A stretch of 64,000 bases of DNA, taken from Octopus bimaculoides (lineage: Eukaryota). The notes beneath the pieces are model-generated. The model did not search any database, was not told the DNA's origin, and saw only the letters and a list, made by a program, of their open reading frames with translations. The stretch covers positions 49,636,763 to 49,700,762 of the forward strand of contig NC_068992.1 of the NCBI RefSeq assembly GCF_001194135.2. The letters are read 5' to 3'. The position numbers and the translations under genes were made by a program. This document shows, in pieces, positions 63,958 to 64,000 of this stretch (position 1 is the first letter of the stretch; the number at the start of each line of letters is the position of its first letter).

Positions 63958-63963
<6 letters not shown>
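63788..63963 (+). ncRNA. Candidate hammerhead ribozyme, type III topology
   Basis: GUC (63798-63800), perfect 9-bp stem I (63801-63809 with 63921-63929), CUGAUGA (63930-63936), stem II GGU/ACC, GAAAC (63951-63955); stem III imperfect. Confidence 0.6.

Positions 63964-64000
<37 letters not shown>

Overview
AT-rich, intron-rich eukaryotic DNA with N-gaps. The SINE families and microsatellite load suggest an octopus genome (inference). I reconstructed four spliced genes by hand, each with GT-AG junctions and consistent reading phase: PTAR1 (minus, first 4 coding exons, runs off the left edge), PDCD7/U11-59K (plus, 9 exons, 742 aa), an ANKRA2/RFXANK-family gene (minus, 8 coding exons, 299 aa) and a SERF/MOAG-4-family gene (plus, 3 exons, 69 aa). 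The rest is mostly tRNA-derived SINEs, an RTE-related short repeat, hAT/mariner/piggyBac-type MITEs, Merlin-like elements, and decayed Tc1, RTE and RLE-type LINE fragments. The most notable observations are two candidate hammerhead ribozymes with intact catalytic cores (24927-25064 minus; 63788-63963 plus), a foldback transposon with TTAGGG repeats at its centre (57558-58214), and a 37-bp intronic hairpin (43470-43563). No CRISPR, rRNA or true tRNA genes were seen. All family names come from recalled motifs, not database searches.
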